Origin: Octopus vulgaris
Taxonomy: Eukaryota
Length of the DNA: 64,000 nucleotides
Assembly: GCA_951406725.2 (NCBI GenBank)
Contig: OX597821.1
Location: 52,018,001 to 52,082,000, forward strand
Direction of reading: 5' to 3'
In this document: piece by piece, positions 25,957 to 38,195 of the stretch
Position numbering within the stretch: the stretch's first letter is position 1
Layout: every line of letters starts with the position of its first letter
The notes under the pieces: generated by a model
Told to the model about the DNA's origin: nothing
Databases searched by the model: none
What the model saw: the letters and a program-made list of their open reading frames with translations, nothing else
Translations under genes and position numbers: made by a program

Positions 25957-26031
25957 TAGAACAAATGTAGGAGAAATATGGATAAACACAAGTTAATATC
26001 AAAGTTCTTACACGGTTTCATCGTTACTGTA

Positions 26032-26254
26032 CCGTAATCCTTCGACTATCGCGGGTGTTACGTTCCAAAACCCACAGCGATATGTGAAAATCCGCGAAGT
26101 AGAAACAGTGATGTACTGTATATATATAATTTTAAAAATTATTTTTATAATTTATATATATTTATTTTATTATAAATGCAAAACAACACCACGGAGGAAT
26201 TAACATAAGCTTAAATAAACTGCAATAGGTGAACCGTGATATGGCGAGAGATTA

Positions 26255-26257
<3 letters not shown>
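26032..26257. mobile_element. pogo/Tigger-like MITE
   Basis: Ends ta|ccgtaatccttcgactatcgcgg ... ccgtgatatggcgagagattactg|ta are imperfect TIRs with TA flanks. Confidence 0.7.
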
Positions 26258-26299
<42 letters not shown>

Positions 26300-26338
26300 C
26301 ACACACACATGTATGCACATATACATTTACAAATAAAA

Positions 26339-26378
<40 letters not shown>

Positions 26379-26380
<2 letters not shown>

Positions 26381-26786
26381 CGCAGGAGTGGCTGTGCGGT
26401 AAGTAGCTTGCTAACCAACCACATGTTTCCGGGTTCAGTCCCACTGCGTGGCATCTTGGGCAAGTGTCTTCTGCTATAGCCCCGGGCCGACCAATGCCTT
26501 GTGAGTGGATTTGGTAGACGGAAACTGAAAGAAGCCTGTCGTATATATGTATATATATATATGTATGTGTGTTTGTTTGTGTGTCTGTGTTTGTCCCCCT
26601 AGCATTGCTTGACAACCGATGCTGGTGTGTTTATGTCCCCGTAACTTAGCGGTTCAGCAAAAGAGACCGATAGAATAAGTACTGGGCTTACAAAAAGAAT
26701 AAGTCCCGGGGTCGAGTTGCTCGAATAAAGGCGGTGCTCCAGCATGGCCGCAGTCAAATGACTGAAACAAGTAAAAGAGTAAGAGT
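26379..26786 (+). mobile_element. tRNA-derived SINE family A, full copy
   Basis: Head ggcgcaggagtggctgtg.ggtaag (A box) ... gggttcagtccc (B box), internal (TA)/(TG) microsatellite, tail gactgaaacaagtaaaagag. Other copies: 8080-8478(-), 29740-30178(-), 35453-35877(-), 41945-42362(-), 47648-48040(+), 49330-49703(-), 57453-57918(+). Confidence 0.9.
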
Positions 26787-26896
26787 ATATCTGTGTCTCC
26801 ACGCTTCTAATTTGTTAGACAGTAAAATATACTAGTATAAGCAGAGTTATGTCCCTTACTATAGTAACTGCCTGTTGTGTTTCCAACATTGTACCG

Positions 26897-27150
26897 TTTC
26901 CAGAAAGGTTGTGCTCATGGGAACTACCCACATCCTACGTAAAAGACTGTTTATGTAATCCCAAATTTTAAAACAGACTTATAATTTTCTTGTTTTCTTA
27001 GATATTTTCTTGAGCAATATTCTGTGCAAAACCAATTATATGGCACCCTAGTCATAACACGAACTTCTAACTTGTTGTCTCTTGAGGTCTCTGAGTGAGA
27101 CTTGGAGCCAACTTGTACAAATACAAAGCAAAAGTCAAACATATAATAAT
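26897..27150 (+). mobile_element. Dong/R4-like LINE 3' end with (TAA)n tail (second copy at ~17540-17710)
   Basis: QKVVLMGTTHILRKRLFM* resembles the typical R4/Dong C-terminus; the 3' UTR ends in (TAA)n. Confidence 0.7.
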
Positions 27151-27179
27151 AATAATTAAAAAAAAAAAAAAATAATGAC

Positions 27180-27215
<36 letters not shown>

Positions 27216-27219
<4 letters not shown>

Positions 27220-28345
27220 TCCCTGATGCAGTACCAAACAGTGGTTCTCATGGCTTCTGATCTTAACTGATTGGAAGTGCTATCATGTACATTGTTTTGT
27301 CTTGGTGTAAAAGATGGGCTACAGCAAATATTCTGCTCAATACCACAGATTTGCTTGTCAGTTGTTTCACCTTAACCAGTTGACCACGTAAATTAGTGGC
27401 TGACGATATGTGCATATCTGATCACAAGCAGAAGTAGTGGGAGAGCATCATAACCATGTGTTGAGAGGAATTCTTTGGGGTTTGGATTATTCACCTTTGG
27501 TAAAATGGGTGTTTCATTCAACATCCTTAAACAACCCTTATTCAGGGATCTTTTGAGCGGGATGGGCTACTCTACCTGAAGAAAATTTTAATTGGGCTCC
27601 ACCCGCAAGGTCATGCGCTGTTAATCTTGATATGAGATCACCATATGGTTGTAATGCATGTGCCTGATGTACCCTTATCAGACAGGTAGTCATGATGGGT
27701 ATACTGGGCTTCGCATATTTGTACCCCAGTGTCACTTTGATGGCATGCACTGCTCTCTCACTCAGTAATGATAATAATAAATGCCCTGATGCAGTGCCAG
27801 GCATTGGCTCTCATGATTTCTGATCTGAACTGATTGGAAGTGTTATCATGTACATGTTGTATCTTGTAAGAAGACAGGCTACAGCAGACATTCTACTCAG
27901 TACCACAGATTTGCTTGTCAGTTGTTTGATCTTAGCCAGTTGAGCATGTCTCTTGGTGGCTGACAATATGTGCATCTCTGATCACAAGCAGAAGTAGTGG
28001 GGGAGCATCATAGCCATGTATTGAGAGGAATTCTTTGGGGTTTGAAAAATTCACCTCTGGAAACATGAGTGTTTCTTTCTTCATTCTTAAAGAACCCTTA
28101 TTCAGAGACCTATTCAGGGCTATTTGAACAGAAGAAAATTTTAACAAGGCCTCACCTATGGGGGTCATGTGCTGTTTATCTTGACAAGAGATCACCATAT
28201 CGCGCATGTATGGTTGTGATACGTGTGCCTAGTGTACCATTATCAGATGGGTAATCATGATGTGTATATTGGGTTTCGTATATTTGTACCCCTGTGTCAC
28301 TTTGATGACGTGCACTGCTCTCTCATTCACTCACTCACTCACTCA
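27216..28345. repeat. Two tandem copies of the ~560-bp (TAA)n-bounded repeat
   Basis: Direct similarity to 16722-17280, separated by a short taatgataataat spacer. Confidence 0.85.
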
Positions 28346-28430
28346 ATCAATAATAATAATATTAATAATGTGATACCAACAGAGAACCAACTAGAAAGTA
28401 AGATTCTAAGAGAGAAGAGAATGTTCTTAC

Positions 28431-28596
28431 GGTGATAGTAAGCAAATGTATTTTCTTCTTCCAGATCAGGGTTCCCTCTCAGAGAATGTAAACCAAAATC
28501 TGTAATCTTTAAAACAAACCGACTGTCCACAACACAATTTGAACTCTTCAAGTTTCCATGACTTTTTATTTCACTGCCGTGAAGATAGGCTAGGCC
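28431..28596 (-). CDS. Receptor guanylyl cyclase exon, kinase-homology domain (subdomains VIb-VII)
   Basis: ttccctccag| acceptor and |gtaag donor; 166 nt; [58 protein letters not shown] in place of HRD is typical of the guanylyl cyclase pseudokinase. Confidence 0.95.
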
Positions 28597-29280
28597 CTGG
28601 AGGGAAAGAGAGAAAGAAAAAACATTGGAGATATTTCATTAGTTTGAAAAAAAAAAAAAAAAAGCAAAAAACACAAGAAAAGAAATTCTTATAGAGGTAT
28701 AAAACCAATTTTCTGAAACCTTTGGTTCCAAAACCATTCTAGGTTACTGAACCAGAGTTCGTCACCTTGGTCAACACAGTCTAAATTAAACAAACGCTGA
28801 TTTCAAATTTTGGCACAAGGCCAGTAATTTTGGGGGAGGGTGTAACTCAGTTGTTTATTTTATCGACCCCGAACAGATGAAAGGCAAAGTTGACCTCGGC
28901 GTAATTTGAATTGAGGGACACAACGCGTCACTGGAAATCGAACTGACGACCTTACGATCGTGAGCCGAATACCCTAACCACTAAGCTACGCGACTTCACA
29001 CAACAGGAATAAAAATAGTTTCAAATTTTGACACAAGGCCAGCAATTATAGGGGGAGGGAATAAGTCGATTACATCGACCCCAGTGCTCAGCTGGTACTT
29101 ATTCGACTCTGAAAGGATGAATGGTAAAATTGGCCTCAATGGAAAAGGTATGGAAGGACGAAATGTTGCTAAGCATTTTACCCGGCGTGCTAACGTTTCT
29201 GTCAGCTCGCAGCCTTAAATTAAACAAATATTAATTAACTAATTAAATGGAATACAGGTACATAAAAAAAAAAAAAAAAA

Positions 29281-29728
29281 ATGAAATTATTGTATACAGT
29301 GCTCAGGTGCACCACAACTTGTCAGAAAGTGCATATAAAGTACATGCAATAATGTAGAAATGTCTGGAAAGCGAACAATGTATGAATCAGATACATGCTT
29401 GTGTGTGTATGGAGGGGAGAAAATCAAGTGTAGTGTTGGCGAATCTCAGGAAGCATGGAAGTTTTGAAGGATGCAGTGCTCCGACAACTAATAACTGATG
29501 CCGGCAGTTTGTTCCATGCTTCAGCAACTCTCAGCGTGAAAAAATGTTTCCTGAAGTCATGGGAGCTGTGCTGTTTTCTTACTTTGTAAATATGTCCACG
29601 GGTGTTAGATGGGTGGAGCTTGAAAAGGTGCTCAGAGTTATTGTTTGTACGATGGTTGATAATTTTATGGGTGTCTGCCAAGACAGCTGCCAGACGTCGG
29701 AGTTTCAATGTATCCATGCCCAGGGAAG
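29281..29728 (-). mobile_element. 3' fragment of the same CR1-like LINE
   Basis: MDTLKLRRL...TRGHIYK...RKHFFTLRVAEAWNKLP; near-identical to 17880-18316. Confidence 0.88.
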
Positions 29729-29961
29729 TATGTATATATCTTTTATCTTTTACTTGTTCCAGTTATTTGACTGCGGCCATGCTAGAGCACCGCCTTGAAG
29801 AGTTTTAGTCGGACAAAAACGATCTCGGGACTGATTATTAAAAAAAAAACCTATTACTTATTCTATCAGATCTCTTTTGTCGAACAGCTAAGTAACGGAG
29901 AAGTAAACGCACCAACACCATTGTGTGGTAGGTGACAAATACAGACAGACGGAACCCCATC

Positions 29962-30019
<58 letters not shown>

Positions 30020-30947
30020 GACGGATTTCTTCGAGTTTCCGCCTTCCAGATTCACTCATAAAGATTTAATCGGCCCAAGGCTATAGGTAGAAGGCACTGG
30101 CTCAAAGTGCTACGCAGTAGGACTGAACCCGAAACCATGTGGTTGAGAAGCAAACTTCTTAGCACACAGCCACTCCTGGTTTATTTATTTATTTATGTTT
30201 TTAATAATTAATGATTCAGTCAGAGGAAAGGGAGCAGAATCGATAACTTTTTAAAAGACCTCTGAGACTGAAGAATAGGGAAGGGAAGGAGGGAGTTATA
30301 CTCAGACACAAGACGAGCCCCTTATGCTTACAATTCGCACACGGTGGCACTCCAACAGTTACGACGACAGGGGTTCTAGTCGATCCGATCAACAGAACAG
30401 CCTGTTCGTGGAACTAACGTGGAAATGGTTGAGCTCTCCACAGGCACGTGTACCCTTAACGCAGTTCTCAGGGGGATTCAGCGTGATACAGAATGTGATA
30501 AAGTTAGCCCTTTGAAATACAGGTACTACTCATTTTTGCCAGCTGAATGAACTGAAGTAACACGAAATAAAGTGTCTTGCTCAAGGACACAACTCGTCGC
30601 CGGGAATTGAACTTATGACCTTAAGATCGTGAACCGAATATCCTAACCACTTAGCAACGCGCCTTCACAATAACATGTGCATAAATTTATATAAATGTCA
30701 TGAAGTGGTTTGAACTTGGGCGAAGTTTTAGTGGGATTTGAAACTACGTCTCAATCAAATAACGTCGATATGCATGTATATATAGCTGCATCGACAGACC
30801 GAATAGCGGCAGGAATATTACAGCAGAAATAATAAATATGGTGAGGAAAAGAGATGAAGAGTCTTGTCCAAGGGCTATTCATAATGTTAGTATAACGAGG
30901 AATTTAAATTACTTAAAATGATAGGCAAATTATTCTTTTCTTTTCTT

Positions 30948-31352
30948 TTATCTTTTACTTGTTTCGATCATTTGACTGTGGCCATGCTGGAGCACCGCCT
31001 TTAGTCGAGCAAATCGACCCCGGGACTTATTCTTTGTAAGCCCAGTACTTATTCTATCGGTCTCTTTTGCCGAACTGCTAAGTGACGGGGACGTAAACAC
31101 ACCAGCATCGGTTGTCAAGCAATGCTAGGGGGACAAACACACAAACACACACACATACACACACACACATATATATATATACATATATACGACAGGCTTC
31201 TTTCAGTTTCCGTCTACCAAATCCACTCACAAGGCATTGGTCGGCCCGGGGCTATAGCAGAAGACACTTGCCCAAGATGCCACGCAGTGGGACTGAACCC
31301 GGAGCCATGTGGTTGGTTAGCAAGCTACTTACCACACAGCCACTCCTGCGCC
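30948..31352 (-). mobile_element. tRNA-derived SINE family A, full copy inverted relative to 26379-26786
   Basis: Shares subfamily-diagnostic bases with 26379-26786 (gcattgg, cccgggg, gcagaag, gatgcc, ttagc). Confidence 0.9.
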
Positions 31353-31638
31353 TATTATTGTTCATAATTCATTATAAACGTGTTTCCGTGCAGGCTAAAT
31401 TTGATTTGAAACTGAAAATTGAAAAAAAAAATTTTGCTTTTCACAACGAGACATTAAATATCCCCAGGAAATATTTATTACCTATAAGACCTGTGGGGAC
31501 ATGGTGTGTAATAGCTGTAGCTACTACTTGGCTAAATTTGAAAAGAGTTATTTCCCTTGTCACGTAAAGTCGTGCTACGGCCTCCAACTAAACTATCTCA
31601 GTGTGTGTATATGTGTAGGTTTATATCTATCTATCTAT

Positions 31639-31681
<43 letters not shown>

Positions 31682-31835
31682 AATACAGAGTACATTTAAA
31701 CACATAAGAGGTATCCGTCATAGGATTCTTTTCATGCTAGAAGGATATATAATGGCTGAGTTCTCCACAGATATATACAAATATACATACGTACATATAT
31801 GTATATATATACACACACACGCACACACACACACT

Positions 31836-31889
<54 letters not shown>

Positions 31890-32146
31890 TATATATATAT
31901 ATACACACACACACATATATAATGGCTGAGCTCTCCACAGATTATATATATCTATATCTATCTATCTATATATATATAAATACACACACGCATATATATA
32001 TAATGGCTGAGCTCTCCACAAATTTTATATATATATATATATATATATATTTATACACACACACAGATAAATAGATAGGTACATACATACACGCATATAT
32101 TTATTATACATACTTATATACACATACACAAGTATTATATATATGC

Positions 32147-32182
<36 letters not shown>

Positions 32183-32234
32183 AAGCAGGTGTACATATGT
32201 ATGTATGAGTGTGTATGAATATGTATATAAGTAA

Positions 32235-32553
32235 TTATGTCTTCTATTTCTTAATTATTATAGATAATCCACTGAGTAGGGAGCCAGGTTCCAATACAGA
32301 TGCAAGGCCCTGGGATATAGTTAACACAGACAAATTTACATTTAGAACTTGAGAAAAGTCTTGCATATTTTTACTGTTCCACTCACAGACTGTACTTGTT
32401 ACGTACGAATTAGCCGGTCGATTTCTCTTTCTGAAAATCCCAGTTTATCCAGATTCTCTTTTACGCATTTACTAATAAAACCTAGTGCTCCAATTATTAA
32501 CGGTATGAATATGAATTCACAGTCTGAATATAGAAGCTGGAGGTTTCGAAGCA
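32235..32553 (-). mobile_element. RLE-type non-LTR retrotransposon 3' fragment
   Basis: LRNLQLLY..FIFIPLIIGALGFISK...SVSGTVKICKTFLKF* plus 3' UTR. Confidence 0.75.
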
Positions 32554-32970
32554 GTTGTGTGTGTGTGTGTGTGTGTATGTATGTGGTAGAACAAACAAGA
32601 GAAATTTTAATCTTTAATTGATAGAAAGTTATAAAAGCTGCTGAGTGACCGACAGTTTCATGCATAGCGCTTATCAGACTGACTCGAAATGCGAAAGTGC
32701 GATTCTTATACAGAGCGCATTACTTCTAGACTAGTCATTAAAAATTAAAAATTGTTGGGTCCTACGAGAATCGCAAATTTTCGCATAGTCTACCTATTAA
32801 ACAGATTGTAATCTAAAGAGGTGATAAAATGAAGTTAAAAACAGAGGCACGCACGCACGCACACACACACACACACACACACGTATATATATGAATATAT
32901 AAACACATACGCGTGCACACATATGTATATATAATATGTGCATAGGTACATATGTGTGAGTGTGTGTGTG

Positions 32971-33008
<38 letters not shown>

Positions 33009-33229
33009 CATATATATACATATATGTGTGTGTGCGTGTATGTGTATGTATATATATACACACACATACACACACACATATACATATATATATGTGTGTG
33101 TCTATGTGTATGAATACACACACACACACACAAAATTATAAATACACACCTTTATACAACTTGACATTCAGGTTTATATATAAGCAGGAATTTGTGCCTA
33201 TAAATATATTCACATATCAACATATAAAT

Positions 33230-33612
33230 ATACATAAGTGTTGTTTAATGTGCCGAAGTTACCCTCTGTGTTACTTACAACGATAACAATAGTGACAGAA
33301 AATGGTATTCAGGCATCAGACACAATTCATATTCAGTGATACTCAGCATACATGCACGTTTAGACTTGAAGATAAGAGACCAGCCATAACATTTACCAAA
33401 TACATCTGCAGTTTGAATAACAAAAGCATTTCCATCCACAAAATTAAATGGTCTATTATCAAATACGCTCCTGCCAACATCACTAGCCTCAAGTGCTCCT
33501 TCTGCTTATCCGAAAAGTTTAATATTCTTACAAATCTCATTCTATTAAATTATAAATCGGAACTTATTTCTTTATATCCCCTCCAAAGAAAATTTATCCT
33601 ACAATTCTTCAA
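33230..33612 (+). mobile_element. Penelope-like element GIY-YIG endonuclease fragment
   Basis: HTCTFR.EDKR....TKYI..L...IKWSIIK.A......CSFCLSEKFNIL...LLNYKSELIS, matching the PLE endonuclease C-terminal pattern. Confidence 0.7.
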
Positions 33613-34552
33613 GCTACCACTAGATGATATTGTACATGACTTTCGTAACGTTTGTCTTATAAGCTTCCCTTACATACACACACACGTATATGTGTATATT
33701 CATCATTTTGCCTATAATGTCCCACTCTTTCACATCACATCGCCCTATACATTCGCCAATTACAAGCTGGTTTCAATTTACGCCACGTAATCTGCTTATG
33801 CATCCCACATTTCTTTACAGCATCCGCATTTAAATGGGAGATAAATATTATCTCTCGGTATTAATATTGCCTCTGTCGCTAATATATATATATTTTGAAG
33901 AAGCTAACTGGCTAATCGTGACACTAGCACCTGTTGTGGCACTGTCAGTCTATATATCGCTGGGGGTGGGTGGGTGTGAATCGTTGCTGCCTCTGGCGAT
34001 CAGGTGTCCATCGTCAACAAGACCAAAACAAGGTCGAAATTACGTGATTTGGTGGTCTTAGCGCCGAAGAAAACGAGGATTTATCTCCCTGATGGCAATA
34101 TAAACTATAATGCATTTTGTACAAAAAAAAAAAAAAGCCAGTTTCTCTCTTGTTAACTACCGCAGTATATCTTGTTCCAATAGAACATCAACGTTTGAAT
34201 GGGGATAGATATTACTTCATGGGTTACATGCTTCTATTGTGCTTCATGTAGTTTTATATGTACGACGTTTTCTTGCATGTATATCGTGTTTTTATACAGA
34301 CCTCTTTTTATATGAATAAACGTATTTCGTATCATATTCTTTCATGTGTATGCACTTACGTATATGTGTAAGCGATTGTTAAAACTAATGCCCAGCTTGA
34401 AATTTTGTTTGAATGAATCGACCCCAGTATTTATTTTTAAAACCTGGTACTTATTCTATCGCTCTGTTTTGCCGAGCCGCTAAGTTACAGGGCCGTAAAC
34501 ACAACAACATTGGTTGTCAAATGGTGGTGGGAATACAAACACAGACACAAAG

Positions 34553-34586
<34 letters not shown>

Positions 34587-35670
34587 GGCTCGAGGCAATA
34601 GTAGAAGACACTTTCCCAAGGTGCCATGTGGTTAGGAAGCAAGTTTTTTTTTACCACACAGCCACGCCAGCGCCTATGTATGTATGTCCTTGTTATGTTT
34701 TCAAAATCGACGCGCCATGTTGTATACTTGAGTCCGAAAGAGCGCTTGAAAACACAGGGCATGCCATACAAGCTTGTGGTGTTATTGCGTTTTCAGAGTA
34801 TAAGACTAATTGTTGCTCGAATTTAAATATACCGAACACATTAAATGATACTTATCTCTCACTGGATGGAGTACTGTCTTATGGATTTCACCAATAACGG
34901 AACACACACCCACGCCCGTTCGCGCGCACACACGCACATATATGAGAGAGAAGGATGGAGAGAGGGGGAGAGGTAGGATATATATGGTGATAGGACATAC
35001 ACAGATACAGTTTCTAGCCTTAAATTCGTAATAAAGACGTGAGAACATAGTCGGACATAGTTTGGACACTTTACTTATCAGTCGCTGAAATGAAAGGCAA
35101 TGTTATCCTAAGAGTGTCTGAACCAAGAGTTCAGAAAATCAGCATGAATACTTAATGCAGTGATTCTCAATTAAGGTCCGCATGATCTTTAGGGGTTGCA
35201 TATAAGATTTACCGGTAAAAATTATGGGCGGTAAAAATTATGGGCAATAAGTCAGTTACACTTCTGCACTACACAAAATATTCTAACAATATTTTGATAT
35301 TTACGCCGTTTTTGTATCTGGTTTGGTACAATGACTCTACCCAGATACAATAAAATAATAAAATTTAATTATAAAAATATAACGGGATCTTTTGAAAACT
35401 TTAAAATGGCTATGGGGATTCACTAGAGTAAACTAGGAATAGGAGGGGTCCATACTCTTTTACTCGTTTCAGTCATTTGACTGTGGCCATGCTGGAGCAC
35501 CGCCTTAAGTCGAGCAAATCAACTCCAGGACTTATTCTTTGTAAGGCTAGTACTTATTCTATCGGTCTCTTTTGCCGAACCGCTAAGTTACGGGGACGTA
35601 AACACATCAGCATCGGTTGTCAAGCGATGCTGGGGGGGGGGACAGACACACAAACATACACGCACGCACG

Positions 35671-35708
<38 letters not shown>

Positions 35709-35990
35709 TATATACGACGGGCTTCTTTCAGTTTCCGTCTACCAAATCCACTCACAAGGCTTTGGTCGGCCCGAGGCTATAGTAGAAGTCACTTGCCCAA
35801 GGTGCCACGCAGTGGGACTGAACCCAGAACCATGTGGCTGTTAAGCAAGCTAGTTACCACACAGCCACTCCTGCGCCTATATGCCTACCACACAGCCTCT
35901 CCTGCGCGCTAAAAATGGTTGAGAAGCATTGACTTAAAGCATTTTATCCGACACACGAACACTTTGCTGACTCGCTGCTCGTGCATGTGC

Positions 35991-36067
<77 letters not shown>

Positions 36068-36371
36068 CGCGGGCGTGTGTGTGTGTGTGTGTGTGCGCGT
36101 TGTATAACCAACAGAAAAAAATGAAGCTCAAGTCATGACTATATGCATGCATAGTTCTAAGCGGCAGAATTACAAAACGTGATTCAGGGGCGAGAGTTTT
36201 GCGCATGGTTTTTACCACAGTAGTGTTTATAGATGTTTGCGTGTATATGAATATGTATATGTACAAGGTTGTTCTTATATCTGTGTGTATATATATATAT
36301 ATATATGTGTGCGCATGTGTATATGTATATTGGTGCGTGTGTGTATGTATGTATATATATATGTGTGTGTG

Positions 36372-36414
<43 letters not shown>

Positions 36415-36626
36415 ATGGTTAAATATGTGTGCGTGTGTATGCCTGTATGTATTCTCTAACGACCTTTTCCGATAGTTATTGTCATCGCTAAGATAGTGGA
36501 ACTGTCCTAAGGCGTCAAAACCGCAGAGATCCCTAGAGACAGGTATTGAAGGGAATTAATCCATCCATTACGCTTCTGTACGTTTTCGTCTGTGCATAAT
36601 TTATTCCAGACAACACACACACATGC

Positions 36627-36669
<43 letters not shown>

Positions 36670-37614
36670 TTTTTCTCTCCTAACACACACAAATACATAT
36701 ATACGCATATATATGTACACACACGCACACACACACAGATACACATATACATACCCCATACATAGATTACTATCACCATAGCAGCATCACCTCAATGAAC
36801 ACAAGCACCACTTTAACTACCACCTACGCTATTTCTATTGTCAAAAGTATCAGAAACACTTCTCAGTGCCACAAACCACTCCCGACACGATCACCACTAC
36901 CGCTTCTGGCATCACACTCTTCACTGCAGACGACGACCACGACAACGACATGACGGCCACGACGACCACGACGACGACGACCATGACCACGACCATGACC
37001 ACCACCACCGCCGCCTGCCGCCACTTCTACCGCCTTTATTATCCTCATCATTGATGCGTTCAACACCAGAACCACCACCGAACCCAACCCCCCCACCTAC
37101 TATAATATTTCTGTTCCGTTCGTTTGGCACCAATGTTAATTACTGTTGTAATTAGAATGTAATTAGAATCTATCAATTATGGCGCGCGCGCGTATGGGCC
37201 TGTGTGCGTGTATTGTGTATGCATGTGTGCGTATGCGTGTATATATTGTGTGTGCATGCGTGTATATTTTGTGTGCGTATGTCGGTGTATGTACGTGTTG
37301 TGTGTGTGTATATATATGTGTGTGTGTGTATTAGTGTGTGTATGTGTGCGTGTGTATGTGTGCGTGTGTATGTGTATGCTTGTTGGTGTGTGTATGTGTT
37401 ATATGTATGTGTGTCCATATGTTTCTACTGAATGTACAAGCAGGATGTATACATATGTGTGTTTATGTGTGTGTTTGTGTGTGTGTGTGTCTGTGCATAT
37501 GTAATACGTAAGTGTATATGCGTTTATTCCGTGCATGTGTGTGTATTCTTGTGGTATGTGTGCGCGTGTTTGTGTGTGTGTGTGTGCGTGCGTACGTGTA
37601 GATATTCTTTTACA

Positions 37615-37829
37615 GTGGTGTTGACGATGATGGTGATGATGGTCATCATGTTGGTGGTGATGATGATGGGGATGATGACAGTATAATGATAAAGTCGGCG
37701 ACAGTTAAAAGCGACAATCTTCATCATAATGATGACGATGGTGTTGATGATGATGATGATGATGATGATGACGATGATGATGGCGATGATGATGATGATG
37801 ATGATGACGATGATGATGACGATGATGAC

Positions 37830-37889
<60 letters not shown>

Positions 37890-38195
37890 GATGATGATGA
37901 CGATGATGATGGTGATGTTGATGATGATGATGATGATGGTTATGATGGTGATGATGATGGTGATGGTGATGATAGGAATGACGACGACGATGACGTTGAT
38001 GAAGATGATGATGTCGACGATGATAAAGATGTTGATGATGATGATGCCAATGAAGATAAAGTCGAAGAAGAAGAAAAAAGAAATAGAATCAGATGATGAT
38101 GATGATGATGATGATGGCAGTGATAAGAGTGTTGATGGTAGTGACAGGGATTATGATGGTAATGATGACGACGACGACGATGATGGTGATGATGA
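37615..38195. repeat. Imperfect (GAT)n trinucleotide repeat
   Basis: Visible directly; explains the poly-D and poly-M ORFs. Confidence 0.95.

Larger units (their letters stand above)
3139..28596 (-). other. Span of six detected coding exons of a receptor guanylyl cyclase (atrial natriuretic peptide receptor / NPR1-NPR2-like); gene incomplete at both ends
   Basis: Exons splice in frame with matching phases (0-1, 1-1, 1-2, 2-2, 2-0, 0-0) into a continuous protein [35 protein letters not shown]...LWTSPELLR...CWSEDPNDRP...[25 protein letters not shown]...[11 protein letters not shown]...[12 protein letters not shown]...VVALLNDLYTMFD...DVYK, the canonical KHD-hinge-cyclase order of membrane guanylyl cyclases. 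Confidence 0.95.

Noticed and set aside
31745-32022. Repeat-spacer pattern reminiscent of CRISPR
   Set aside because: Spacers are microsatellites of unequal length, the context is eukaryotic and there are no cas genes.
34010-34050. gacc-loop-ggtc-GAAA near the Penelope endonuclease fragment
   Set aside because: No recognisable CUGANGA box; too degenerate to call a hammerhead.
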